Shown: piece by piece, positions 18,008 to 28,633 of the stretch
How positions within the stretch are numbered: position 1 is the stretch's first letter
Layout: each line of letters begins with the position of its first letter
Assembly: GCA_000999095.1 (NCBI GenBank)
Contig: LCFP01000006.1
Location: forward strand, 1,823-65,822
Source of the DNA: Candidatus Gottesmanbacteria bacterium GW2011_GWA2_43_14
Lineage (GTDB): Bacteria; Patescibacteriota; Microgenomatia; 2-02-FULL-39-11
DNA length: 64,000 bases
Direction: 5' to 3'
Notes under the pieces: generated by a model
Told to the model about the DNA's origin: nothing
What the model saw: the letters and a program-made list of their open reading frames with translations, nothing else
Database searches by the model: none
Program-made: the position numbers and the translations under genes

Positions 18008-19273
18008 ATGGTATACGATAAAGAGACTTTAAAGAACGGATTGCGCCTTCTGACAATCCCCATGCCAGGAGTAGCCTCGGTGACTTTACTTCTGATGGTC
18101 GGTGCCGGCAGCCGCTATGAAGAAAAAGAGATTAACGGCCTTTCACATTTTTTGGAGCATATGGCATTTAAGGGGACGAAAAAAAGGCCGACGGCTCTCG
18201 ATATCGCTACCCTGATCGACGGCATCGGCGGAGAGTTTAACGCTTTTACCAGTAAAGACCACACCGGTTATTACATCAAAGCCGCTTCCAAGCATTTGCC
18301 GCTGGTTTTTGATGTCCTGTCCGACATGATGCTGCATTCCAAGTTTGATCCGGCGGAAATTGAAAGGGAAAAGGGTGTCATTATCGAAGAGATCAACATG
18401 TATGAAGACATGCCTATACGCAAAATTTCGGACTTGTACGAAAATCTGCTTTACGGAAACACCAAGCTCGGCCGGGACATTGCCGGAATCCCGGATGTCA
18501 TAAGGTCGATCAAAAGAGATGATTTTCTCTCATATCTTAACCGTTTCTACAGCCCGGCCAACACGATTGTGACAGTCAGCGGCGGCATTGACGGGGATTT
18601 AAGGGAGATGACCGCAAAATATCTGGGACTTTGGCAAAACAAAAAAACTGAAAGACCGGAAAAAGCCGGCGACGAACAAAAAAAACCGGCACTTCTTCTG
18701 CGGCATAAAGATACTCAGCAGGCGCATTTATGCATCGGCGTCCGCAGCTACAGTCTGACCAATCCTGACCGTTATAAGCTGGGCCTCTTGACCAATATAT
18801 TGGGCGGCGGCATGTCATCGAGGCTGTTTATTGAAGTCCGCGAGAGAAGGGGATTGGCTTATTATGTCCGCTCATCCAATGAAATGTATACCGATGTCGG
18901 AAATTTTGTCACCCAGGCCGGAGTCGATACCAAACGGATTGACGATGCCATCAAAGTTATCCTGGGTGAATTCAGCCGGATCAGAGAGGAACCGATTAAA
19001 GCGGAAGAACTGAAAAAAGCCAAAGAGAATCTCAAAGGAAAACTGATTTTGGACCTTGAAGACAGCCGGAATGTGGCAGGCTTGTTTGCCTCGGCTGAAC
19101 TTCTTGAGGATAAAGTAAGAACACCTGAGGAAATCATGAAAAATGTTGATAAGGTGACGGCCGAAGAGGTCATGGAAACAGCCCGGAATATCTTTAAAGA
19201 GCAGACATTAAATCTGGCCATCATCGGGCCGTATAAAGAAGAAGAGAGATTCAAAAAACTTTTAAAGCTATAA
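18008..19273 (+). CDS. M16 family zinc peptidase (pitrilysin-like)
   Basis: GLSHFLEHMAFKGT (HxxEH), NAFTS, LGGGMSSRLF.EVRE.RGLAY. Confidence 0.93.
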   Translation: MVYDKETLKNGLRLLTIPMPGVASVTLLLMVGAGSRYEEKEINGLSHFLEHMAFKGTKKRPTALDIATLIDGIGGEFNAFTSKDHTGYYIKAASKHLPLVFDVLSDMMLHSKFDPAEIEREKGVIIEEINMYEDMPIRKISDLYENLLYGNTKLGRDIAGIPDVIRSIKRDDFLSYLNRFYSPANTIVTVSGGIDGDLREMTAKYLGLWQNKKTERPEKAGDEQKKPALLLRHKDTQQAHLCIGVRSYSLTNPDRYKLGLLTNILGGGMSSRLFIEVRERRGLAYYVRSSNEMYTDVGNFVTQAGVDTKRIDDAIKVILGEFSRIREEPIKAEELKKAKENLKGKLILDLEDSRNVAGLFASAELLEDKVRTPEEIMKNVDKVTAEEVMETARNIFKEQTLNLAIIGPYKEEERFKKLLKL

Positions 19274-19280
19274 TAAAGTC

Positions 19281-19706
19281 ATGGAAAGAACAATAGTTTT
19301 GATTAAACCCGATGCCGTCAGTAAAGGCTTTATAGGTAAAATCATTACACGCTTCGAAAAAGAAGGCTTTCTTTTGGTCGCCGCCAAATTCATGAGACTG
19401 CCGGATGATCTCCTGGATGACTGGTATGAGCATCACAAGGAAAAACCATTTTTTCCGGAACTTAAAAGCTTCATGACATCGACCCCCATCATGGCCATGC
19501 TTTGGGAAGGCAAGAATGTCATAGAACGGGTAAGAAAATTATGCGGTCCGACAGACGCCAGCCGCGCTCCAAAAGGCACAATCCGCGGTGATTACGGCGA
19601 AGACGTCCAGAAAAACGCAATTCACGCTTCGGAAGACGATCATGCCGCATCAAAAGAGATGGATCTGATGTTTCTCCCCCATGAAATCCAGGAATGGAAA
19701 AGATAA
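19281..19706 (+). CDS. ndk: Nucleoside diphosphate kinase
   Basis: ERT..LIKPDAV, KPFF, GTIRGDY, NAIHAS. Confidence 0.96.
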   Translation: MERTIVLIKPDAVSKGFIGKIITRFEKEGFLLVAAKFMRLPDDLLDDWYEHHKEKPFFPELKSFMTSTPIMAMLWEGKNVIERVRKLCGPTDASRAPKGTIRGDYGEDVQKNAIHASEDDHAASKEMDLMFLPHEIQEWKR

Positions 19707-19723
19707 AAAACCGCAGGACGAAT

Positions 19724-20914
19724 TTAAGTAACAAATCGGGAAATTTTTGATCTGATGGAATGGTCTGTCCTGTCAGCTGACTGATAATTCGGAGATTGAA
19801 AATAATAATAGAGGGCAGTCATCAGGGCGGATTGATACAATGGAGCAGCTTCTTGGGCAATACCCATATTACTTGTATGACTTACGCTTTGGCTTCCCGT
19901 TTCTCCGACGATATCGCTCACAATGACAAGAGCAATTGTTTTTATAGGATGTTCATCTGCAAACTTTTGTCTTAAGACAGCCTGTTCAAAAGTAATACCC
20001 ATACCATAAGCAGCGGTCAGATCAAGGTTACCGGCAACAAATAATTCATCTGCCCATTTTCCGGTTTGACCCGATCTAGCTTTTTCCACAAATTGTCTCC
20101 ACATATCAAATTCTTCCGGATTCTGGAATTCCGGAGTGCCAAGGGTGCCGGCGACGGCCACCGGTTTGACTTTCATACCATCTGCTCCGGCTGCATCAAG
20201 GAAAAACTTAGAGAGGATATTATCAGAGGTCGGAGCAAATTTTGATTGGAAATGCGAGCCCAGGAATTCATCCAAAATAGCGACCGGGCCATGACCTGGA
20301 TGCAGGACATTGGTAAACTCCGAATCGCTAAGGATTAATCCGGCTTCACCGACTTTCAAGGAATGCCCTTCACTGGCCCCGGCCAAATAGTCGGTAAAAA
20401 CAGGAGGGTCGATTCCCAAATCAGCTCTTTCGCGGCGGATCAGCTCTTTTACGACTCTTAATTGATGGGCAACAAGAATTGCCCCGTAGCTATGACCAAA
20501 ATACTCGTTGGGATGAACCCGGCCAAAAAAACCCAACATCCAATGTTCGTCATCAATTGGAACGGCATAAACTTCTCCATGGTGGCCTTTGGTTTCAGGT
20601 GCTACATTGTTATGGAAAATTCCTTGGCCTAGTTCCCCGAGACGGACTGCATTTTCACCGGGAGTATGACCTGTCGTAAAAACACCAAAAGCTGAAGGCA
20701 TAGGAAGTCCTTTCTCAGAAAAAGACGTTTCCAGTTCGTCGGCATCCAGGGATATATTGGCTATTTCAAGAGCCTGAACCCCTGCTCTTTCAGCCGTAAT
20801 AATAAAAGGGTTGAGTAAAGATTGAGTTGCCAGCAGGTCTTTTCTTAAGAATTGATCATCAAGAATACCGGAGACGTACTGTTGTCTGCGCCTGTCCGCT
20901 TCAAATCCGTTCAT
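19724..20914 (-). CDS. Divergent purine nucleoside phosphorylase (PNP/MTAP family)-like protein
   Basis: GHHG, GRVHPNE, PEFQNPEE, GMGITFE and IVSDIV follow the order of trimeric PNP motifs. Confidence 0.6.
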   Translation of the reverse strand: MNGFEADRRRQQYVSGILDDQFLRKDLLATQSLLNPFIITAERAGVQALEIANISLDADELETSFSEKGLPMPSAFGVFTTGHTPGENAVRLGELGQGIFHNNVAPETKGHHGEVYAVPIDDEHWMLGFFGRVHPNEYFGHSYGAILVAHQLRVVKELIRRERADLGIDPPVFTDYLAGASEGHSLKVGEAGLILSDSEFTNVLHPGHGPVAILDEFLGSHFQSKFAPTSDNILSKFFLDAAGADGMKVKPVAVAGTLGTPEFQNPEEFDMWRQFVEKARSGQTGKWADELFVAGNLDLTAAYGMGITFEQAVLRQKFADEHPIKTIALVIVSDIVGETGSQSVSHTSNMGIAQEAAPLYQSALMTALYYYFQSPNYQSADRTDHSIRSKISRFVT

Positions 20915-20982
20915 ATGACTTCATGAAATACCAAATTCAGAAATAATAGTGTTAATAGCTTGATTTGTCAATCCGGCCGTGA

Positions 20983-21477
20983 TTAGGCAGATTTTTTTTG
21001 CTTGAGTTTATGCAGCTTGGACAAGATATGTTTTTCCTTCTCAAATAAGTATTTAAAAATATCTTTTTCAACAATAAAGCCAACCACTCTGTCTTCATCG
21101 TTTAAGACAGGCAATATTCTGACGTTGTAGGCCATCATTTTGGAGAGGGCTTTGAATACATCCTCATCTTCCCCGACAGTATAAACCCGTTTATTCATTA
21201 AATCCCTGGCAGAAAGCTTGATCTGTTTTTCAATCTGATCGGCAATATCTTCAATCGTCGGCGCCTCAGGGTAAAATTCGGAGAAGAAATCCCGGTAATC
21301 GGGGATGAGGTTTTTCAGAATGTCCTCGGCTGTTATGATGCCTTTTATTTTATTATCAGCATCAACAACCGGCAGGATGTGGAATTTCAGTTTGGAAACA
21401 AGCTGCCAAACCCGGTCTAGTGGAATATCAGGAGTGACTGTTTTGGGCTTCAGCCGCATCAGTTGGCGGACTTTCAT
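20983..21477 (-). CDS. CBS domain pair protein
   Basis: Two LPV(V/L)...G.I...DI motifs. Confidence 0.88.
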   Translation of the reverse strand: MKVRQLMRLKPKTVTPDIPLDRVWQLVSKLKFHILPVVDADNKIKGIITAEDILKNLIPDYRDFFSEFYPEAPTIEDIADQIEKQIKLSARDLMNKRVYTVGEDEDVFKALSKMMAYNVRILPVLNDEDRVVGFIVEKDIFKYLFEKEKHILSKLHKLKQKKSA

Positions 21478-21556
21478 AACTTATACCCTTATTAAAAATA
21501 AACGGAACACAAGAAGGTTGTCAAGACAATTGCAATTTACTAAGATAGGCTAAATC

Positions 21557-22414
21557 ATGGCGGTACTTTTTGCTTTATTGGCTTTGGTCGGTTGGGGGAC
21601 AGGGGATATTGTCGTCGCCAAAGTATCCCGGAAAATCGGCAACCGGCTGACTGCCTTTATCTGGCTGATCGCCAGTTTTATCCTGTCATCCCTTTACCTG
21701 CCGCTTGCCGGACCGGTTAACGATTGGCCGATGCTGACAGCAGCAACCCTTCTCGGTTTTGCCGGCACATTGGGAACAATACTTTATTTTCAGGCTTTGG
21801 AAATCGGCAATGCTTCTCTGGTCGGGACCATAAGTGGCGCTTTTCCTATAGTGACAGTTCCTTTGTCAATTTTGCTTTTCCGGGAAAGTCTGTCATGGGT
21901 GCAGTTTGCGGCTATCTTCCTGACTTTAGCCGGTCTGATTTTGTCGACCCTGCATACAGATGACATAAAAAACAGAAATTTGGACCGGCTGCTTAAGGAA
22001 AAGAGCATTCTTTTTTCTTTCGCCACACTTTTAATATGGGGTATATATTGGACTTTGGTACGTTACCCGGTTGAGAAAATCGGCTGGTTTTGGACTGCTT
22101 ACCCCTCATATTTATTCTTTTTTGTCATGATTTTCTTTAAAATGGTGAAAAATTATAAAATAAAAACCCTGATGAATATTAAATTGGCGTTTTTGATCCT
22201 CTTAATGAGCAGTTTGACGACAATTGCCAATTTCGCCTATAACTTGGGCATAACTTACGGATATACCTCAATTGTAGCTCCGGTCGCCGGGTCGTCGCCT
22301 GTTTTATTTGTCATCCTCTCACGCTTTGTTTTCAGGGATAAACTAAACCTGCAACAGAAGATCGGCATCATAACTACATTAACCGGTATCATCCTGATCG
22401 CATTTTCTACTTAA
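21557..22414 (+). CDS. EamA/DMT family transporter
   Basis: About 10 TM helices, WG.GD, A...G.ASLV..I, duplicated halves. Confidence 0.85.
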   Translation: MAVLFALLALVGWGTGDIVVAKVSRKIGNRLTAFIWLIASFILSSLYLPLAGPVNDWPMLTAATLLGFAGTLGTILYFQALEIGNASLVGTISGAFPIVTVPLSILLFRESLSWVQFAAIFLTLAGLILSTLHTDDIKNRNLDRLLKEKSILFSFATLLIWGIYWTLVRYPVEKIGWFWTAYPSYLFFFVMIFFKMVKNYKIKTLMNIKLAFLILLMSSLTTIANFAYNLGITYGYTSIVAPVAGSSPVLFVILSRFVFRDKLNLQQKIGIITTLTGIILIAFST

Positions 22415-22484
22415 AGCCGATTATTAACACTACTCTTACTCTGATTTCACAGGAATATAACAGGCTGAATATATAGTTGCGAGC

Positions 22485-23924
22485 ATGCCAGGGGAAGTGC
22501 CAGGACCGAGCGGAGAAGAGGAACAAAAGGTAATAGGTCAGGAGGCCGGTGATACGCTACCGACAAAACGAAGACGGTTCCTGAAGGTCGTCTTAGGAGG
22601 GACGGGAGCAGCAGGTCTCAGCGTTTTGGGTTATTACCTTACTAAGTACGGTATGCAATTTTTCAGTGACCCGCAAGATACAGATTACTTGGAAGGCACC
22701 CCGGTAACCCGAAAAACCTTTCCTTCAGCAGTCAGGACATCAGTTCCCAATGATGAGAATACTCCCCCTCCGCCATCTTCAACAAGTACACCTGCGGCAA
22801 CTCTGAACAAAACCGTCACTCCTACGACGTTTGATGAGGCTATGGCAACACCGGCAGTTGAAGTCCGAGAACTGTCACAAGAGCAAAAGGACTTTTTTTT
22901 CGGGCAATTTTTAGCTGACTATGATGTTTTTAAGGAAAGACATACCAGGATTATCTTTGACGGGGAAAGGCAGGTCTATTTCAATGACGACGGAGACATC
23001 TCCATGGAATCGCAGGTATTCGGCGAGCTGTTTGCCCATTTTGCCCAAGATGACGAAGCTTTTCATCAACTGACTAAACTGGACCGGAATTATATTGACG
23101 AGCGCGGATTGGCACCGTGGCTGATCTATGCCAAAGGAGGAGAGGACGAGACGGTCGTTACAGGTGTCATGATGTCCATGGCCTGGGTAAGGCTGCAGCG
23201 TCCGGAGCCTGAATATCAGGAAGAAGGCAGAAAAATCCTTGAGGGAATAAAAGAGTTTTCCATCGACAAGCAATACCTTATCCCCAAACCTTTTCATTGG
23301 GAGGGATTTGACGGGACAGCCAATCCTGCCAGTCCAAGCCCTTTATTTTTGGAAGATTTTGCCAAGGTTGATCCGTATTGGGCTGAAGTAGCAGCCAATA
23401 CCCGGGGTCTGATGGACAAGATCGGAAATCAGATAGAAGAAGGCTCTTTGGCTTCTTTTCCGACTTTGGTTGATATGGCGGAGGGGAAACCTGCTTATGA
23501 CGCTGATCTCGGGGAGCCGCACATCGATTACGACATTGCCTATACGACCTTGAACCAGTTGATGGGACTGCTTTATTGCGAGGACGAGGCAGCCCGGAAA
23601 AACGCCCGGGAGCAGTTGATTCTTTTGGACAGGTTTTATTATGGTAAGATAGCCAGACAGGAAGACAACGGAGATACGACTTATGACATCGAAGGACTGA
23701 AAGACGGGTATTTACTAAACGGAGAAATTGATGAAAGCGAGACAAGATATTCAAGAACCGCCTGGACCATGGCTGCCGCAGCAGCTTCTCTGACATCAGA
23801 GGATAGCGAATACCGGAAGTTTATGCTGGATGAGGTCCTGCCCAACCTGCCGACAAGTTACTCTTTTAACCAGTATATTCACACTTTTACCAATCTGGTC
23901 TTGAGCGGACGGATGAAGGACTAA
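22485..23924 (+). CDS. Membrane-anchored divergent GH8-like (alpha/alpha)6 protein with twin-Arg-like motif
   Basis: KRRRFLK plus hydrophobic helix, P/T linker, SMESQVFGELFA..DD.EAF, GLAPW, NPAS and YDIA resemble GH8 blocks. Confidence 0.5.
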   Translation: MPGEVPGPSGEEEQKVIGQEAGDTLPTKRRRFLKVVLGGTGAAGLSVLGYYLTKYGMQFFSDPQDTDYLEGTPVTRKTFPSAVRTSVPNDENTPPPPSSTSTPAATLNKTVTPTTFDEAMATPAVEVRELSQEQKDFFFGQFLADYDVFKERHTRIIFDGERQVYFNDDGDISMESQVFGELFAHFAQDDEAFHQLTKLDRNYIDERGLAPWLIYAKGGEDETVVTGVMMSMAWVRLQRPEPEYQEEGRKILEGIKEFSIDKQYLIPKPFHWEGFDGTANPASPSPLFLEDFAKVDPYWAEVAANTRGLMDKIGNQIEEGSLASFPTLVDMAEGKPAYDADLGEPHIDYDIAYTTLNQLMGLLYCEDEAARKNAREQLILLDRFYYGKIARQEDNGDTTYDIEGLKDGYLLNGEIDESETRYSRTAWTMAAAAASLTSEDSEYRKFMLDEVLPNLPTSYSFNQYIHTFTNLVLSGRMKD

Positions 23925-23971
23925 TCCAAGCCTCCCAGGAAACAAAACCTCAAGAGGATTGGATTTATGTA

Positions 23972-26200
23972 ATGAGTAAGAAAGAATTTGACCGTCGGGA
24001 TTTTTTAAGGTTGGCCGCAATTTCACCTACGACTTTTCTGCCGAAGATTGTTGAACCTGTCTCCTCTGCCGAAGCAAAAGAAAAGCTGGCTGAGGCAGGA
24101 ATCGCAGACTATCTTCCCGTATTTGCCATGGGACAGCGGATGGTGGACAAATACGGACTGACGCCATGGTCGGAACTTTATGAAGTATGCCAAAAGGTAT
24201 GTGCCGGAGAATTGGGCAAAGATTCCCCGGAAGTAAGCCTGTTGAGAGACGGTTGGGGAGAAAAATACGACCAGGCGTCTGACGACGCGGCTGCCTATGT
24301 AAAAAGCCTGCGCTTTAAACATGCTGACGATGTAAAAAGCCTTTTTAAAGACCATGGAGATAGTGACAAATCATTGGAATATAACAGGGACTACTTCACC
24401 AATGCCGCCCGACATTTCCCGATACACGCAATGTCCCTGTCAAAAAATGTAATCCTTCTTAAAGATGGGGGATGGGTCAGCGGGATCGATGGCCCGACCC
24501 GTATAACCTATGCGGAAAACCCAAATAGGGCCCCAAGTGTTTTTTTGCATGAATCCCAGCATCAGTTTAACGGCGGAGCCTGGAAAAGACTTAAACCCTA
24601 TATCAAAAAAGAGTGGTTTATTCATTTCGCGGAAACAAATATGCTGGCGGTTGAGAAAGCTACTGATTTATGGCTGTCGTCAGATTCAGAAGAGATGGCC
24701 GTCAGTTTTGTCAGGGGCGTATCACCTTTATATGAGTTTTCCCTCTCCGGGGATGCTGTAACAAGAGAAAAACAATTAGCCGATTTGCTGATACTGGAGA
24801 ATAGATTGATACCGGAATTTGGATCACTAGACGGGGATTACTTACAGAGAATGACCAGACTGGTATATTACGCAGTCAATAAAAAGCAGGACATTCGGAA
24901 TAAAATTATGGAAGGCGGAAAAATTTCCCGGCAGGAAATGGAATTATTCCAAGACTTTGAACTGGCTTTTTTGACCGCGCGGATGGTGCAAATTATTGAG
25001 CATCGGCTGGTAGATCCCGTTGAAAACAGCTATGGAGGATTGCCTGAAAATTTGGTCGAAATTACCGAAGATACCTTTTTCAATTTCAAGGCAGTCTTGC
25101 AGCAGGTCCGACTGGCAGCTTTATCCAGGCTCCCCAGGAATACCGACTACAAAACTATTAAAAAAGCCTTCGATATGGCAGTCATAATTGAAAATCCGGA
25201 AGAATTGCCCATATCGGAAGAAGCTAGGAAAGATATGGAATTATTGATTAAATACGGTGCCGTTGTCGTAAATGAGATAAGGTTGGGCGAATCTGAATAT
25301 AAATTCAGCATACTGCGCTTGCCGGATAATCCGACAGCACCCGACCAGCAATATGCGTATTTTCTTCTCAATCAGCCGCGCGGAATGATAAGAGGAATGT
25401 TGATCGGAGCGCCGAAAGGTTATGATTTCTCGCAAATTTCCCGCAAAAGTATTTTCCGAAACCATGACGATATTTCATGGTTATGGGCTTGGGAAAGAGA
25501 CGGACAGCAGGAGTTTTTTTTAATTTCCGAGAAAAATATCGAACCGTTATTGGAAAACCGGTTCAAGCCGCCGTTTGCATTCCGGCCAAACCATAAGCCG
25601 CTTCAGGAGTCTGATTTTTATATATCAACTTTGGGTTTCCACAAGACATTGGTTTTTACGGGATCTTTAAAATCCAGCCATACCAATCAAGGAACCCACA
25701 GCCGCAGGCTGGAAAACGCTACGGCTATAGTCAGAATTGATGAGAGGGACGACACTCATACTTATTCGTTGAGCCATTTTTCTGACTACCCTGAAAGCAT
25801 AGTGTTAATTCCGTCAATTGGTGATCAGGATTGCCTGCTTGCTAAAAATCAGCATGGTGTAAGGCTTTTGACGGAAGGCACAATCAGCAGTTTTTCACCT
25901 ATTAAAATCGGAACAATAAATGATTCCAATGATGATGAGGATTTAAGTTCAGTTGAGGCATTATGGTTGGGACGATATATAGTTAAAATGGATGTATTAA
26001 AAGAAACGGTGCCTTATTTGATTAAATTGCTGAATACAGATCAAAGCCGCGGTCATTTTATCGGTTTTGGCTGGGATTATTCATATCCGGACGGTTTCAG
26101 ATACTATATTTCCAAAAACAGAAGCGAGTTTTATCTGCCTGTTTTTAATATAGAACTAAACGCGGATATTCCGGAGAGAATAATACTTCCAGACGTTTAA
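23972..26200 (+). CDS. Large hypothetical protein with RRDFL motif and HExxH
   Basis: 742-aa ORF; DRRDFLRLAA at the N-terminus; FLHESQH. Confidence 0.65.
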   Translation: MSKKEFDRRDFLRLAAISPTTFLPKIVEPVSSAEAKEKLAEAGIADYLPVFAMGQRMVDKYGLTPWSELYEVCQKVCAGELGKDSPEVSLLRDGWGEKYDQASDDAAAYVKSLRFKHADDVKSLFKDHGDSDKSLEYNRDYFTNAARHFPIHAMSLSKNVILLKDGGWVSGIDGPTRITYAENPNRAPSVFLHESQHQFNGGAWKRLKPYIKKEWFIHFAETNMLAVEKATDLWLSSDSEEMAVSFVRGVSPLYEFSLSGDAVTREKQLADLLILENRLIPEFGSLDGDYLQRMTRLVYYAVNKKQDIRNKIMEGGKISRQEMELFQDFELAFLTARMVQIIEHRLVDPVENSYGGLPENLVEITEDTFFNFKAVLQQVRLAALSRLPRNTDYKTIKKAFDMAVIIENPEELPISEEARKDMELLIKYGAVVVNEIRLGESEYKFSILRLPDNPTAPDQQYAYFLLNQPRGMIRGMLIGAPKGYDFSQISRKSIFRNHDDISWLWAWERDGQQEFFLISEKNIEPLLENRFKPPFAFRPNHKPLQESDFYISTLGFHKTLVFTGSLKSSHTNQGTHSRRLENATAIVRIDERDDTHTYSLSHFSDYPESIVLIPSIGDQDCLLAKNQHGVRLLTEGTISSFSPIKIGTINDSNDDEDLSSVEALWLGRYIVKMDVLKETVPYLIKLLNTDQSRGHFIGFGWDYSYPDGFRYYISKNRSEFYLPVFNIELNADIPERIILPDV

Positions 26201-26206
26201 TATTCG

Positions 26207-26788
26207 TTAAAGCAAACCTTCTTTTTTGAGAACAGGGATAACATCTTCCAGGGGCAGGCCGATGACATTGGAGAGGGAGCCTTCGACTTTGGTGATGAAA
26301 TCCTGCGCGCTGACCAAAATATAACCGGCGGCGAAACGCGTAAATTCCGTCCGGTCAAGGAAAAAGTTTATCCCGTCATCCGACATCTTCCTGAAAGTGA
26401 CGAAACTTACATTGTCACTCTGGAAAATGACACTTTTTGTTTTATTAGTATATATTTTGATAATGTAAGTAGAGGTTACATATTTATGTTTTTTTCCTGC
26501 TAACCTCTTAAATATTCCGACGGCTTCCTGCCTGTCTTTGGGTTTACCGAGCAGTTTGCGGCCCAAAATAGCGCCCGAATCAGCCGATATGATAATTGCC
26601 GGTTTGGCGATTTTTAATGCAATTTCTTCGCCTTTAAGTTTTGCCCTAAGCTGAAGTGTTTTTTCCGGTGTCGGGGCAATAATCTTTTCTTCGTCCAGTT
26701 GCGAGTGGACAATTTCAAAGGGAATTTTCAGGTATTCCAGCAGTTTTTTCCGTCCCAACGATTGGGAAGCAAGTATCAAGCTCGGCAT
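26207..26788 (-). CDS. maf: Maf family nucleoside triphosphate pyrophosphatase
   Basis: LILASQS..RK.LL, ISADS, GKP, EGS.SNVIGLP. Confidence 0.9.
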   Translation of the reverse strand: MPSLILASQSLGRKKLLEYLKIPFEIVHSQLDEEKIIAPTPEKTLQLRAKLKGEEIALKIAKPAIIISADSGAILGRKLLGKPKDRQEAVGIFKRLAGKKHKYVTSTYIIKIYTNKTKSVIFQSDNVSFVTFRKMSDDGINFFLDRTEFTRFAAGYILVSAQDFITKVEGSLSNVIGLPLEDVIPVLKKEGLL

Positions 26789-26809
26789 TGTAGTAGTATA
26801 ATAAAAAAA

Positions 26810-27037
26810 ATGCCGAATTTCTTTCCCGAGAACAGATGGCTCTTCCTGCCGGTCCTTTTACTGGAAATGGTTTTAAAAGGTTTTGCCCTCTGGAAGGCTG
26901 CCAGAAGAGAGCAGAAATACTGGTTTATTGCATTGCTGGTTTTAAATACAGTCGGCATACTGCCTCTTATTTACCTGCTTTTCTTTTCGGAAAAAATTCA
27001 CTTTAAACAATCCGCAAAGCCTTCAAAGAGAAAATAA
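26810..27037 (+). CDS. DUF5652-like small membrane protein
   Basis: KGFALWKAARREQKYWFIALL.LNT.GILP.IYL; ATG at 26810. Confidence 0.8.
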   Translation: MPNFFPENRWLFLPVLLLEMVLKGFALWKAARREQKYWFIALLVLNTVGILPLIYLLFFSEKIHFKQSAKPSKRK

Positions 27038-27131
27038 CCGTGACCGTCAATTCAGAAAAGTTGGGATTTTCCTCATAATATTCCTCACGAAATTAGGAGT
27101 AACAATCATCAGCGGGTCATATGATCTGAAA

Positions 27132-27914
27132 ATGGAATTCTACCAGGCTTCAGTTCTGGACAGGTATGGTAAGCATGCTGATATCTTTCACCGCTATGAA
27201 ACTACAATTCATGCGGGTAATAATTATCGAAGTCAAATCCTGGATCCGTTTATAGCCGGAATTCCGGAAAATGGCGGCGGAGTACTTGATTTAGCCTCGG
27301 GAGCAGGGGAGATCACCCGTTACCTGAGTGAAAGATTTCCGGTAGTTGCTTTTGACCTTTCAGCTGAAGCTTTAAAATTGACCTCGCTAAAATTTACCGG
27401 TAAGGAAAAAAGACCTTTTCTGGTTCGGGGAATTGCCCAGAATTTACCATTCCAGAAAGAGCAATTTCAGGCAGTTCATGCCAAAGATATCCTGGTGCAC
27501 CTGGAGAATCATTCGGAATTTTTTGCAGGAATAAAAAGAGTATTAGCCCCCGATGGCAAAGTCCTTTTAGTGACGCAGATTATTATGGAAAAGCCTTATT
27601 TTTTAATACATATAGCTAGCGGAGAGGCTGAAAAAGTCTATTTTGATACAACCGCCGACTATATTAAAAAGATAATCTTGCTGGAGAAAGATCAGGAAAT
27701 CCGCTGGGTAACTCCGCCTTATTTTCCTGTCCAACCGCAAGTTTTGATTAACTCAGTCTACAGTTCAGGTTTAAAAATCGATAAATTATTAAAATGGCAG
27801 CCAACCGCGGATGAACCGGACTGGCATTCGGAACCGGAAGACAGGCTGGTGGCTGTCATTACCCGAAAATCCGGAATTGAAAAATTCATCTCCGACTTAT
27901 TTGGAGAGAAATGA
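27132..27914 (+). CDS. Class I SAM-dependent methyltransferase
   Basis: VLDLASGAG motif I, AFDLS, LPF, RVLAPDG. Confidence 0.85.
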   Translation: MEFYQASVLDRYGKHADIFHRYETTIHAGNNYRSQILDPFIAGIPENGGGVLDLASGAGEITRYLSERFPVVAFDLSAEALKLTSLKFTGKEKRPFLVRGIAQNLPFQKEQFQAVHAKDILVHLENHSEFFAGIKRVLAPDGKVLLVTQIIMEKPYFLIHIASGEAEKVYFDTTADYIKKIILLEKDQEIRWVTPPYFPVQPQVLINSVYSSGLKIDKLLKWQPTADEPDWHSEPEDRLVAVITRKSGIEKFISDLFGEK

Positions 27915-28622
27915 TCTATAGATCAGTGTGGAGATAACTCCCAATGAATAGGAGGAGGCAAAATAGAAAACAATAGGTAACTTTTTGAGTTTAATCCTGA
28001 ACGGATACAGGAGATAAATGGCAAACAGCATGACAAAGGTAAAAATATACATGTCGATACCGATTTCCTCAAAAGCCAGATTGGCAAAAATCCCGAGTCC
28101 TATAAACAAGCTATTGACTGATATAAAAAGCAAATCTTTGCCTGACACAGGTTTCTTTCTGGGCATTTTGGCTTCTATAAGCATCAAGGCAATATTCATG
28201 AGAATAAAACCTGCATAATATACATAGTGGCTGAATGCGTCATCATTGTATTTGATGATATTGCAGAAAGCGGAATCGGACTGACCGGTTGTGCAGAAAC
28301 GGAAGTGCAAATAGTTGGTGACCTCATGAGTACCAGAACCTGCGGCAAATAAATATATACCGGCAATAAACAAAATACTTAAGAAGACATACAGAGCTGT
28401 TTTCCGGAAGGGATGATCACCGGTGATTTCACTTTTGATCAGGTAATAGAGGAGAACAGCCATGAGGGGAATCGGCAGCATAGCATTGAAATCAAGAAGT
28501 CGCAGGAATTCGAAGGGCTGAAGGTGAAGTTGGGTAAGTCCGGTCAATCTGTTGAGCGATAGTATGATAATATTGACCGACAACAAAACCAGATACAAAT
28601 GAATCCGATTCATCGTTATCAA
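27897..28622 (-). CDS. Multi-pass membrane hypothetical protein
   Basis: About 7 hydrophobic helices with G.G.HE..N and SH motifs. Confidence 0.65.
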   Translation of the reverse strand: MITMNRIHLYLVLLSVNIIILSLNRLTGLTQLHLQPFEFLRLLDFNAMLPIPLMAVLLYYLIKSEITGDHPFRKTALYVFLSILFIAGIYLFAAGSGTHEVTNYLHFRFCTTGQSDSAFCNIIKYNDDAFSHYVYYAGFILMNIALMLIEAKMPRKKPVSGKDLLFISVNSLFIGLGIFANLAFEEIGIDMYIFTFVMLFAIYLLYPFRIKLKKLPIVFYFASSYSLGVISTLIYRSFLSK

Positions 28623-28633
28623 TATAACATGAT

